Positions 1 to 12,384 of a DNA stretch of 64,000 nucleotides are shown here, piece by piece. The stretch lies in contig NC_045697.1 of the NCBI RefSeq assembly GCF_009834535.1, forward strand, positions 31,622,001-31,686,000, given 5' to 3'. The position numbers were made by a program, and so were the translations under genes. Every line of letters starts with the position of its first letter. The stretch's first letter is position 1. This stretch comes from Camelus ferus. Its lineage: Eukaryota. The notes under the pieces were generated by a model that searched no databases, was not told where the DNA came from, and saw only the letters and a program-made list of their open reading frames with translations.

Positions 1-574
1 GACATAATATGGAAGTTTAGCTTCTAAGTCTTTTAAAACCTAAAGGTCATAATTTTCTAGGTTAGATAATTCTACCATTCATGAGGATAATTTAATTTTC
101 TTTAAATTAAACAAAAGAAAAGATTGTCTTAATTTTATTAGTTATATTTTAAACTGTTGATAAATTTGAGACAATTTTTAAAATAAAATTTTTACAAACA
201 AATCAAATAGAAAATCTTTCTTAGAGGTAAGCAAGGTGTAAGGCAGAAGGAAAAACTTTCTCATATGGTTTGTTTCGAACAGAGCACAAGTACTAAATCC
301 TACGTCCAGGTTTTCCATCGAAATCAACTGGTAAAAATAAATTTCTAGATCTAGAGAGGCACCAAGATATACTTCTAGCATGCAGTAAACCTCTACTTCT
401 GAAATAGATCTAATGCAGTATTCTTTGCTCCATAAATAATTATATTTTATTCATCTTTGAGATCAAAAATTTTATTTTCATTCTAAAATAGCTTCAAGGC
501 TGAAGCTTCCTGGCTCTCTTTGTTCTACAAGCTTGTGAGACCTTGGGTAAAGGAAATCTGTTTCTCTACTAAGA

Positions 575-770
575 AAATTTCTGTCATCAAATGTGTGGGT
601 TTCCCACACCAAGCAACTGTCCATTTTTCGGCAGACACTGATCGGGTGTCCTACAATTTAATTTATTTCTGGGTAACTATCTGGAGTTAGACAGACCTCA
701 CAGGTTAAGGGCTCAGCCCACAAGACAGTTTCCATTTCAGATGCCAACTGCAAGGAGTGATTCCTCAGAT
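575..770. mobile_element. MER21-like ERVL LTR fragment
   Basis: The stretch 'gggtgtcctacaatt...ctatctggagttag...cacaggttaagggctcagcccacaagac...ttcagatgccaa' matches the recalled MER21 consensus. Boundaries are approximate. Confidence 0.7.
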
Positions 771-1164
771 TTAGCTAGTAGTCATTTGTTGGAAAGTTAA
801 TGGCTATAAAATAATGCATCAGAATAAATACTTGAAGGGAAAGCAGAGAAAGCAGGGCATGAGCCATGACACTACAGCTCTGGAGACCAGAAAGCAAAAG
901 CTGCAACAAAAGCCAAGACAGTCACCTGAGGCAAGAGACCCCCGAGTCTAAACAGTGACTCTCATTATATGTTGGGTTCTCCGTGCCCCACCCTCGCGTT
1001 TACTTCGAGACTTTTAAAGATAAATAAAATAGAGGAAGGCTGAAGTTTAAGTCTTAGCAATAGAGTCCCTAATGCACAAGACTTAAAATGTAAAGTCAAC
1101 TTTTTTAAGGCCCACACTGTCATGGGAGACATGTGATTTAAGATTTATTATTAAGTTTCCTGAT

Positions 1165-2143
1165 GAGCTATCGTTTACCAGCAATGCTGTGTAACAATCT
1201 ACCAGAAAACCTCAATGGCATCTGACAGTAAGCATTTATGGTTGTTTATGGGTCAGTAGGTTAGCTGGGTGATGCTGCTGATGTGGTCCAGGCTCAGTTA
1301 AAATTGGTTAAACGTATTAATTTGTCTGTGGGCACTTTGCAGATCCACTGAGGGCTTGCCAGTTTAAGAAGACCCTGGCGTGGATTTCCCATCTCTGCTC
1401 CATGTGGTCCCACTTTCTTCATGAGTCCAGCCCAAGCTTTTCGTCATGTCACAGACAGGGACTGAACAGACAGAATGGAGATGTGTGAGTCCTTGGGAGG
1501 CCCGATCTTGGAAATGGTGAGATTCTGCTTCAATCTGTTGGTCAAAGCAATAACTGTTTCAGATTCCAAGTATGAGGTACAGGGGAGGAAAACATTATTT
1601 TTCCTATTCCTCTCCTAGGTTCTTTGGCTGGGACCCTATTTACTGGATTGGCATACAAATTTATTTAATATAAGTTTTATGTGACACAGGAGAACTCAAG
1701 GAAATGAAGACCCAAAGAAGTGGTTTAACCTGAGCATGTTTATATTAAATCTGATAAAAAAAAAATAGGAAGTCATGAAAATATGTGATAGAATTATAGG
1801 ATCTGAACCAAGCAAGGGTAATAAACTGGAGGAAACTTAGTAAATCCTGTTCATTCAGATTCCTCTCAGCATCTCACCATCTTCAGAGAGAAGTATGCCT
1901 CTTTCATCTGGGTGTCTCTCACCAGAGGGTTCTTATGATCCACTTCAGAGGAGAGGGGGAGGTCAGAGAGTCCTTTCTGCACCTGTCATTTCTCGAATTC
2001 CTTCATTTTAAATAATCACTATGCCAACATGTCATAGTTTAGGGTAGTGTGTTCTGAATCCCACCAGAGGTAATTAAAATTGCAAGGCAAATGCTATGTA
2101 CATGAAGACCATTAACTAGAATGATTAATACAATCAATTCACC
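1165..2143. mobile_element. MLT1 (MLT1G/H-like) MaLR LTR, split by a nested LTR at 1578-2066
   Basis: Motifs 'gctgtgtaacaa...aagcatttat...ctctgctccatgtggtc...ttggtcaaagcaa...cagattccaag' are present. The element resumes after 2066 with 'ttgcaagg...caatcaattcacca'. Confidence 0.65.
1578..2066 (-). mobile_element. MER34-family (ERV1) solo LTR with 4-bp TSD GAGG
   Basis: Ends 'aaaataatcactatgccaa...tagtttagggtagtgtgttctgaatcccacca', the reverse of the recalled MER34 5' end. GAGG occurs at 1574-1577 and 2067-2070. Confidence 0.7.
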
Positions 2144-5010
2144 AGTGTCCATTAGAGAGCACGAAAATGTACATAAGCCTTGTGGTATACCACCAGGGGA
2201 CTGGGTCTTAGAGTTACACAGTGACTATTTTCCATCTTGAGACGTCACACTGCATATCATATTCTGCTAAAGCTAGCATTTAAAACTTTTTAAAGGCAAA
2301 GTTTCTGGGACTTTTGGCACCTTGGAGGTGTTGCTCCCTAAATTCACTGTCAGTAAGGAAGAGTAAGAGGAAACGACGACTCTTCGTCTTGGAAATACAC
2401 CAGGCAGCCCCGATAAGCAGCAAGGCAAGGAGAGACTCAAACAGATGTTAATGGTAGTGAGCTGCACGTTTTGCAATGAACCGAAGCACAGACAACTCCC
2501 CCTACACCAGGTAAAGAAAGATAAGAGCTGCAGTTTAGAGAGACAGCATCTTCCCAGGAGGAGTGAGCCATGTGCCTTTTGAACTAAAGCCAAAAATCAT
2601 AAATAAGAGTGCGGCTCTGTAATGAATGTCAGTTCGTTTTTATTTAGAAACCACTGTTATTTATCCAGGTTAAAATTCTTGTGGAAGGAGCTCATATTTC
2701 CTTTCTGCAGTTGATCCGAGAACGCATTAAAATGTGACAGAGGGGGAGGAATGAAAGGTATTTATCCAGTCCCTCCCACAAAAATCAATCCCCTTTTAAA
2801 TCCATGTCAGCAAAACAATTGGATAAACTCGTTACTTGAAAGGTTGTTTTTATTAACATTACTTTGGTGAATAATAACAATAAAAATATATTGAGTACAG
2901 AGGAAAAGTATGGCCACCGAGAAACACCCCTCCCCCCCCACAAATAAATAGCACCAGGTTTCAAGAAAAGATCTACCACCAAAATTAGTTGAAAACTTAA
3001 CAGTATAAAAAAGAATATATTTCAGTTTATTTGCTATCAAAGTCCACATCGTCCTAGAATGTTACCTTAAAGAGGTAGTTGTATTCAGAACAGTCCTGTT
3101 AAAACTTAATTTTAGTCAAATGTTTCAGCAGCCATTTCTAACCCTTTTGCCTCTCTTCTGTGTCAGTATTTCCTTACTGCACCTCATAGTCTGTGTCCCA
3201 TACTTTGGATTCCACTCACGTTTTGTCTGTAGTTAATGGTAATGATTCCAGACACCCTAATCTCTGCATATTATGCTTCCCATATACAAAGACTTTGCAC
3301 CAATAATAAATGCCTCCTTACTATTCATAGAGGATGAGACAAATAGTAAAGATTTGAGCACTTGTTATCAGGTTTTGGAGACAAAAATTTTGAAGGAAAC
3401 CACTGAAAATTGTTACCAATCAATAAAAGGTTAAACTTGTTTTTCATATGATTGCTAATTAATTGGTCTATTGTCCTTGAATATATTGTATTTGCTTACT
3501 CTTGAAAATTTAGGCTGAGTTTTACAAACTCATAATCAATATCTCTTATATTTAAGAAATCACCAAATTCCGATTGATTCAGCTGTGAGATGTCTCAAAT
3601 TTAATAACTCTTTTCTGTCTCTAAGCCTACTGCCTCTGTTCAGGTGTAGTTATTTTTTTTCCCTAGACTATTCATTAGTCTGCTGCCTTGAAAATCAGCC
3701 GTTAGCACTGCTCTCAGCCCAAACTCCAATTTCATATTCATACTTCTATCTAAGTTACCTAAATTTATTTGAAAATTTCATAAAGAGCCCTTTCAGTGAA
3801 CTCTTCATAGCTGATAGGATAAAATATAAAATCCCTGGGTCTGAGACCACACCATGCATATTCAGCTCCGTAATTGTGCTGCCTACATCTATGCCTGGCA
3901 TGGAGGAGGTACTCAAGGCATAAATAAGAAATGAAACAAATAGTCCAAAAACTAGAAGAGGTGCCTGCCAGTTGAGGAGGTTAAGGAGTTTTGCACCTTT
4001 CTCTTGGAGACCCTACTATTTGTAAGGAGTTAACTTGGACTGGAACTTGTAGATCAGTAGGTCAGCTGAGCAGATGAAAGAAGTTAATTCTCATTTTGCG
4101 ACTCATTTGCAAAATCAGTACAGGTGTCAAAAGACATAGATGAAATTTTCTGGCTTTTTGGTTTTTTTATTTTATTTTTGTTCAGTGGGAAATTAGGGAG
4201 GACTTCAGCTATTGAACTGTCAAGAAGGCAATGATCACAAAGACCAAGGGAACTGACAAGGGTTTTTATCTACAGAGTATACATAGGATAGCAGAAAACT
4301 TAGAAACTTACACAGGGACAAACTAACTAGTTGGAAGGAGGGTCCCACTAACAAAATATATTTCTAGCATTTCTCGATGTAGTATGTCCCTAACGCCTGT
4401 CCTTTCACTAACTTCTGAAGATGCAGCTGTCAGCAAAATTCATGCAATTAATGTAAAGATTAGCTCTTATTAAATAGTCACAAGCTGATAAGTTTTTCCA
4501 TGCCTAAGGACAAGACAGATAATACTTTCTGAGGATTATACATAAAAGAGTTACTACCATCAATCACAGAATGAGTTTAATAAAATAAGACATTCTGTTT
4601 GACATTTTAGATCCTAGGAAATTTTTATAATAGAATTGACTTATGCAATCTTCTCTTTATTTGTTTTCACGAGATAGGAAAATCAAGAATATAGCAAAAG
4701 CATATCATCCCCTGTTCTAGCTCTTTTCACTAGATACTTTATGTACATATGATTTATCTTCTCATTCAAAATATCCAGTTTCTGTGTGGGCAAAGGAAAG
4801 TGTCTTTTGCAAGATTTTGTAACTCAAGAGTCTCACCAAGTGTTAAGTGATCTTGAACTATGTACTAGTTGAATTAATTCCCTATTAAAGAATAACTGAG
4901 AAAATATATTAAGGGTTTTGATTCAATTTCCATTGATTTATGTTTGTGTTCTTAGATGGAGCTACCAATAAAACATGACCCAGTATCCAGGAGTGTGGAC
5001 TCTTAACAGT

Positions 5011-5414
5011 TGTGAAGGTTAGTTTTATGTGTAAACTTCACTGAACCGTGAAGTGCTCCAATTAAACATTATTTCTGGGTTTTTCCAGATGAGATTAACA
5101 TTGAAATCAGTGGGCTCAGCAAAGTAGATTGTCCTCCCCAGTGTGGATGGGCACCATCCAACCCATTGAGGGTCTGAACAGAACAAAAAACAGAGGAAGG
5201 GGGGATTCATTCACTTCCTGCCTGCATGCTCAAGGTGACACATCCGTCTTCTCCTGCCCTTATGCATATATAGATATAGATAGATGATATAGATATAGAT
5301 ATAGATATAGATATAGATATAGATATAGATATAGATACAGATATAGATATATACAGATACAGATATATAAACAGAACTCCTGTCAGTTCTGTTTCTCTGG
5401 AGAAACCTAATACA
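5011..5414 (+). mobile_element. MLT2 (MLT2B/D-like) ERVL solo LTR
   Basis: Starts 'tgtgaaggttagttttatgtgtaaactt', contains 'gagattaacatt...agtagattgtcctcccca...gggcaccatccaa', and ends 'ttctgtttctctggagaaacctaataca'. Confidence 0.85.
5268..5368 (+). repeat. (TATAGA)n hexanucleotide microsatellite inside the MLT2 LTR
   Basis: Directly visible tandem repeat with degenerate edges. Confidence 0.95.
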
Positions 5415-8060
5415 GTAGGACTGTAAGATAAACAAATATTAGCTGAGTTATTAAGCTAAAATCTGACCCAAGAATGTCTTCGATTGTTTCTATTCCATGG
5501 CTAATGCCTTACAGAGACTGTTCTGAATAAAAAAAGATACATTCCAATTTAGACAAGTGCCTAGCCAAACTAAAGGTGTGTTTTGGGGATTCAGTTGAGG
5601 ATTCATAACTGGAAGGAAACTAATGGTGGCAATGTCTTAATCTTAGATAATGAAATTGATGCAGAAATGGTGCAGATAAGAATTTGGAGATTCACCTCTT
5701 GCAACTGCAATTTTGATCTTTTAGGACATAAGACAGATCCAAACAATTATTAATGGTTGCTTGAAATTCTGAGGTGAGAAGGATCATGAACTCTCCCCCA
5801 GCTTCAGGTGAGGGTGCTGTTGGGGAGGAGTGAGGGATGCTGTACTGTACTCACCTTCTCAGTCCTAACGCTTTCGCACAATAGGTATGTCTCAGATGAC
5901 ACTCATGAGACTGTAAGGAAAACAAACTTGAGACAGAAATTTATGACAATCATTCTGGATGAAGAGAAGCCCTTGTTTCATGTGTTTATCCGTAGCCTTG
6001 CTTGTTATTACAAGTTAGAATATATAACATATATTCAAAAGCACTCTGAGAATTTACTTGGATTAATCATGAGAACATATTTTATTACCCTTATTTGTTA
6101 AGACTCTGTTACAGGAGGTGGTTCCTGACTACAAAAGGAGGTAACCACTGCATCTGCCGTGAAGGAGGCTACAGGCCATCAGATCACCGGAAGTGAACTA
6201 ACATAAGCTGTGAGGTTCAGGAAAGCAGCTGTTTCCTGTTTCCTATGAACTTGTGCATAACCGTATGTCTGCCCTGAAATGGAGCGTTGGTGAGGACAGA
6301 GAGATGACAGTTACTATGCTCCTCTGTATAGCCTCAGGGATTTTGTTAAGTGGCCTATAAACCTACTGACTAATCCTCTCAACTACCACAGTTCTGCAGG
6401 TTGGATATAATTATCCCACTGTCCTGGGGAGGATTCTTTGAGGTCACTTAGATGAAACATGGTACACATCATTTAGAAAACCTAGAAATCTAAGCTATTT
6501 AATTAATGGGAAATAAGGATATGTAGGAAAATGAAATGGGGCATATCATTTTTATCCGTTAGAAGGGAATTTTCAAGAATAGTGTCGAGGGGATCTAAAT
6601 CCTTCACTAAGAGTTGACAAAGTACTTACCACTTTTGCTAGCCAGAGATGCCCTATTTCTAAGCATCCACAGTGAAATTTGTGTTACTCTCCTGGAAACT
6701 TCGGACATTGTAGAAATTAATATTATTTCCGTTTAAAGTAGATATATTTGGTTAAGATAAATTTAAAAGCTGATGTCTGTAAATAGAGCCCTGGTTCCTT
6801 TAAAAAATAAGTGGAGTTGATGTCAAATACTGGCTATAAAAGTGTGTTGGAGAGATAGATTAAGTCAACTTTATTACTGAGAATAAATTGAGCAATATTA
6901 AGCCTAGCTTCAAGAGTCAACAAACTAAATTTAAGAGAATCAGTCAAGAGTTCATGAGTGTCCTGTAATGCAAAAAGCCACTCGGGGAAATTCCGATGTC
7001 TGTTGAGAACATGCACCATACAGCTGTGCTCCCAGTCTTACATCTGTCACCAAAGGAGCCGAAATCTCGCTCAGGCTAGAAGCTAAAGGCTATGATCCTG
7101 GAGCCATAAGTTATCATCAGTAAGCCATAAAAAATCCGGGGTGAATTTAACTTAATTACATTTAAGAGGAAGCAGAGTTAGAATAAGAAAATATGAAGAT
7201 CCCTTCAAAAATTGTCAAAGTAGCTTATGTCTCAATTTTTGTTCAAATCAGGAGGACTGTATGACTATACGTATGTTTTGCTCGTTAACACGTATATTTT
7301 GTTATATAGAAAATGAATCAGTAGTTGGAAAAGCCTTTTATGTTCTCTTTATTTTATCTCAAGACTCTAATGGGCAGTTGAGGTAACTGGCTCATTAGGC
7401 CACATCTAAAATGTGAATGTACACTTTGAGACAGTCAGTCTTGGCTGAATGTGACAGTTTATGGCGCATGACTATTTCAGCTGAGCTGTGTATAGATGGG
7501 GCTGACAGCAATAACCACACCGCATCTGGTGCAGCATTTAGGCAGCCTCCGCAACCCAAGGAAAGACTTGTCATGCATTTTACATAAGGAGGTCCAGGAT
7601 GTCCAGGAGATGAGGACGCATTCTCTTAAAAGAAAAATAAAACAAAACAAAATAAATCAAAAGTACTAGATTCGGCATCCTAGGAATTGAATGAAAGAAA
7701 TAGAAAAGACTTAAATGACAATTTGGTAACCTCCCCTCCATTAGAAAACAACGACAACAACAAACACTTTGAATATTTAGCATTGATGACGGATGGACAG
7801 AGAAGGAAAAAAACAGGAAATACCATTAAGGGCATATCTATTGTTCATCTTAGCATCAGAACTAACAACTATTTAAATTTATATTCTAATTTCTAGCTTT
7901 TGTGTGTACATTTAAAAAGTATGCTTTAGCAATGCAAATTTATCTCCTAACTAAAGGAGCGCAAACATCACAAACACATGTTTGGATCATTTCTATGTGC
8001 TTTATTTTTTAGTCTTTCTTTATTTGAGAAAGTACTTTTCCTTAACTATTTTTAAAACAC

Positions 8061-8308
8061 TTTTTTAAATTTAAGTATAGTTATTTTATGATGTACTAAT
8101 TTCTGGTGTATAGCATAAAGTTTCAGTTATACATATGTATATATTCCTTTTCATATTCTTTTTCATTATAGGCTATTATAAGATATTGAATATAGTTCCC
8201 TGTGCTATACAGTAGGACCTTGTTGTTTATCTATTTTATATATAGTAGTTAGTATTTGCAAATCCCAAACTCCCCATTTATCCCTCCACTATCATTTGAT
8301 GAACTATA
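8061..8308 (-). mobile_element. 5'-truncated cetartiodactyl-type L1 3' UTR
   Basis: 'gatattgaatatagttccctgtgctatacagtaggaccttgttgtttatctattttatatatagt' is the reverse complement of an L1 3' end. It is related to the 3' UTR at about 62940-63000. Confidence 0.85.
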
Positions 8309-9059
8309 AACCATTTTTTAAAATTTCTTAATGAAACTTAAAATATTACTTTTTAAATTAAATTATTTAATCCATATTGGTATTTTTATAACTACCCAAT
8401 ACAAAAATAGTTGCAGAATCTAAGAATCATCACATTGAAAAGTAAAAATCAAACTTGCTGCCTTGTGGTCTCTAAGATAGAGTTTCTTAATCACTAGATT
8501 AAAACCAAGATCAATAGCAGATTTTGTCTCAAATCTCTAGTGACATTGTAAAGAAGGACATAAAAAAAGGAAGACTCTGAAAGCACAGACAGACCCCTTT
8601 TCTCTGTTAAATTTCAAGATTTTTTTAATGAAAGGAGAGTTCAGAATTTATTCTGAGTATCATTAATAAAAGCACAGAATTTAAACTTTAAAATTAGACT
8701 TCTAAAAATAAAAATTTACTTTGATTCCATTTTATTTCTCACCTATTTCCACTGGATTTAAATTGATAAAAATACTGATTTCTTCTCCTCCTTTACCTCT
8801 AACAACGGTTAAGCATAAATAAGAGAAATAATAAATATATGTATTGCTTTTTAATAATTTTACAAAGGACTTTTTTTGGTCTCATGTAAAATAGACGTTC
8901 AGTAAAGTTTTGTTCTTTACTCTCTTCTTTTCTTTTACTATACTCCTCGCTTGCTCATTTTCCTATGTTCTAAGTACATCTCTGTCAATTTTCTTCTAAA
9001 TCTCTTCTCCTGAACCTTAGCCTTAATTTTATATCCAACAAAACTTTCTGAAATACTAT

Positions 9060-9191
9060 CTACACTGTTGAAAACAGTAGCCACTAGTCACAAATGGCTA
9101 TTGAAGTAAAATGAGTTTAGTGCAACCGAGGAATCAAATCTGAAATATAAATAGCCATGTGTGGCTAGTGGATATTATATTGGATAGGACA
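9060..9191. mobile_element. MER3/MER33-like hAT-Charlie MITE
   Basis: Internal palindromic arms 'gtagccactagtcacaaatggctatt' and 'aatagccatgtgtggctagtgg'. Confidence 0.75.
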
Positions 9192-9386
9192 GTTCTCAGC
9201 TTGCAGTCTGAAATGCCTGTTAGATTTCCTATGAATGTACTATAATAATCTAAATTTTAATACATCCAAATCTAATGTTCATTCCCTGACAATGCACTCA
9301 GATTCCCATCACCATCAAAATCTATGCATATACTTACTACTTTCTATCTATTTCTCTATCTCTGTCATGAAAATGAAAGTTTTTAT

Positions 9387-9390
<4 letters not shown>

Positions 9391-9422
<32 letters not shown>
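9391..9422 (+). repeat. (AC)16 microsatellite
   Basis: Directly visible. Confidence 0.95.
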
Positions 9423-9424
<2 letters not shown>

Positions 9425-10249
9425 ATGCAGAAATATAACAAAATCGTTTTTTCTTTTAAGTGTCATAACTTAGTCATCTTCCATCCTGGATGTCATACCA
9501 GTTTGACACCTAGACAACTTCAGTCGGTCCCTTTTCTCCAGTTCTAACTATATCAAATCACCCTTCAATGATGTTTTTCTCAGCCTTATATTTGGTGGAA
9601 GTTTTTTGGTATCTGCTCAGTTTCTATGATCAATTCTTGATATTTTTATTCAGGAAACCATCACCTCTCATTAGACTATTGAAATATTAAATTTTCTTGG
9701 AAGTTAATAGATATCTGTTGTTTTCCCCAACCAAAATTTATTCTCTAATAAATATGAGTTATATTGATTCTTCTACTTATTATGAATTAAGAGGATGTGA
9801 ATATTTTTTCCTTTTATCATTGTCCACAATGACCTCATTACTTAAAATGTGCTTGAATAGCAATATAAAGTTCTCTTTTTGTTTGTTTTGTTTTTTAGCA
9901 TCATTTTTTGATGCCATACTCCCCCCTTGAGTTTCACTTAACTTTACTTGGGATCTCAGTTGAGCCTCTGTGCTCTTCTGGGTGGGGGTACCCCTGTAAC
10001 TTGTACTAGGGTCACACGATTGTATTTCCTGGGATTTGAACGGTGAGAGGGATGATACAACAAAAACAACAACAAAAGCATTGAATGTGATTATTTCTTT
10101 AAGGCCATGAAGAGATGTCCATTTAATTCTTATTCTTTCTAAGCTTGCTTATTGGTTTTGTCTTCAATTCTATGATGACAAAATGATTCTTTACTGGTTA
10201 TTATTAAACTCAGGTTGATAGAACTTGCATTAATTAAAAAAAAACACAC

Positions 10250-11010
10250 ATCTGAAGATGAAATCACCATCAAAAATTAAACCATGCAAAAAACCTAGAA
10301 GTAAGAGTCCAAAGATACAACAAATGAGAGGATTAACATCCCTAGAATAGAAAATAATTGAACAGTCTGAAAAATGATTTTAAGCTGAAAGATTTGAAAA
10401 GGGTCTAGAAATATAAATATATAGTCATTAAAATTAAAAAAATAGTAAATGGATTTGATATCAGAAAAGACAAACATGAGAGAGAATTTATGAATTGGAT
10501 AATCCAGTGTTTTTTAAAAAAATATAAGATGCAATATAATAGCCAAGAGCTTTGGTAGCTAGAATGAAATATTGCAGCATGTAGCTAATAGGATTTTGAG
10601 AAGGAGGACAGAGAAAATTGGGATAGGGTAATGACTAAGAGTGTTCAAGAACTGAAAACAAATTTAAGAATTATTCCAGCCCCAAAGTGGAAAAATAAAA
10701 CTTGTCCAACATGAGCACATCTTAATGAAATTACAAAGCAATAAATGTAAAAAGAATAAACAAACAAAAAAAACCAGATTCCCAACCAAGAAATGTCAAT
10801 TAGATTAGAAGCAGATTTCCCATCCATTTTGGATGTCAGAAGACAATAAAATAACATCATAATAATGATAAGGGTAAGTAACTTTCTATGTAGAATTCCA
10901 TTACCGGATAAATTTCAACCAGCTAAATTCTCTGACCAGCTAAGAGCAAGGGAGAATCAATGGCATTTTTAAACAAACACAATTCAAAGTTACTTATAGA
11001 CTTTCGGAAG
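10250..11010 (+). mobile_element. Old L1 ORF1-region remnant
   Basis: A-rich sequence with 'aattagattagaagcagatttc...gatgtcagaagacaat...tagaattcca', resembling the ORF1 C-terminal region. No intact ORF. Confidence 0.55.
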
Positions 11011-11544
11011 ATGGATTGTGGTTTCTCAGTTAGCTAGCTTCCAATTCATTATCTTAGAATACAGTTTTGATCTCTTTATCTATTTGATTATTTTTTTATG
11101 GCTTCAGGTGCTTGAAAATTTATTCAATATAGTTACAATTGAAACATTATTCAATATGGTTATTGTGTGTGGCTAATGGTTTTGTTTAGTGCTGCCTATT
11201 CTTAATAGAGTTGCTACCAATTATCTGTAACAAATTCTTTACATCCTTTCCAGCTCCAGTTTGATCATCCTGAGGTTGCCCCCATCTCAGTAAAAGCAGT
11301 TCCATTTATCCAGTTGCTCTGTCTTCTGTCATCCTCTGCTCTACATCTCATACCCGAATCTATCAGCACACTTTTCCTGCAGGCTCAACCTACTTTTCTC
11401 CACCTTTGCACTATTGCAACCGTCTAACCCCATAGTCTTTCACCTTGACCTTTGTAACAGATGGTGATTTGTCTCCCTCCTTCCACAATCTATCCCACAT
11501 GTGACTGTGAGCAGCATCCTTTCAATGTGTGGTTTGATGGTTGT

Positions 11545-12380
11545 AATCAGTTTGGGGAAAATTCTCTCAGAACTGCTGTTTTTCAAATATTGCTTCTGAA
11601 TTGTATGTAATTCTTTGACTCCAAATACATGTTGGAAGTTTTCACCATGTCTGAAAATTCTCTTATACTCTTTTCAGTATTTTCTGTTCTCTTAGTTATT
11701 CAAACTTCCACCTTGGCATTTTACCTTGTCCTACAATCCTGTTTATTAAACCTCTCTTACTATGCCTAATTTTCTGTTGAACTCTTCACTGGGATCTTAA
11801 TTTTTAATTATGACTTTTTTCTGTTGTAAACTTTTCATTTGATTTTTTTATAGATAATAGAGTTTTCTTAACTTTGAAGCTCATTTATGATCTATTTTCT
11901 TGAATAATAGTCACAGTTATTTTAAAATCCATGTTTTATAACTCCAGTAACTGGGTCATCTGTGAATCTGTTTCTATCATCTGCTTTTTTCATAGTTTTG
12001 TTTCTGGGTAAGTCTCACAATTTTTGACTGAACATTGAGCCTTGTGTATAAAAATTTCTAAGAATCTGAATGATGTGGTTTTCCTCTGTGGATAGTTTAC
12101 CTTATCTTCCAGTAGACACTTGGAGTTGGGTAACCCCATGGTAATCCAGTTAGGAGCTGAGCTGAGTTAGTCTAGGCTTCAGTTTTGTAAGCTTTTTCTT
12201 CAATGAGCTCATCCAACTCTAGAAGTTTCAACAGAGAACTTACAGTGCTTAATATAACTCTTCTTCCTCGGGTGGTGGCATTGGGAAGAGGGTCCCAAAT
12301 TCTAAATTTTGTCACTTCAGTACCATAGGACATTCAAAAACTCTTCTATTTTTCAGTGGATTTCTACTTTGCTTCTTAGA
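11545..12380 (-). mobile_element. Old L1 (L1M) 5'/ORF1-region remnant
   Basis: T-rich sequence with 'tggggaaaattctc...tttcaaatattgcttctg' and 'ctgggtcatctgtgaatctgtttctat'. Confidence 0.55.
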
Positions 12381-12384
12381 TGGA

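Larger units (their letters stand above)
8990..9700 (+). mobile_element. L2 remnant interrupted by MER3 and a CA repeat
   Basis: Degenerate L2-like segments: 'tctcctgaac...atatccaa', 'atccaaatctaa', 'atcacctctcattagactatt'. Confidence 0.45.

Noticed and set aside
5211..5435. ORFs with IY, HT or CV dipeptide runs (also 9235-9438, 33527-33831, 40753-40992)
   Set aside because: These are translations of microsatellites.
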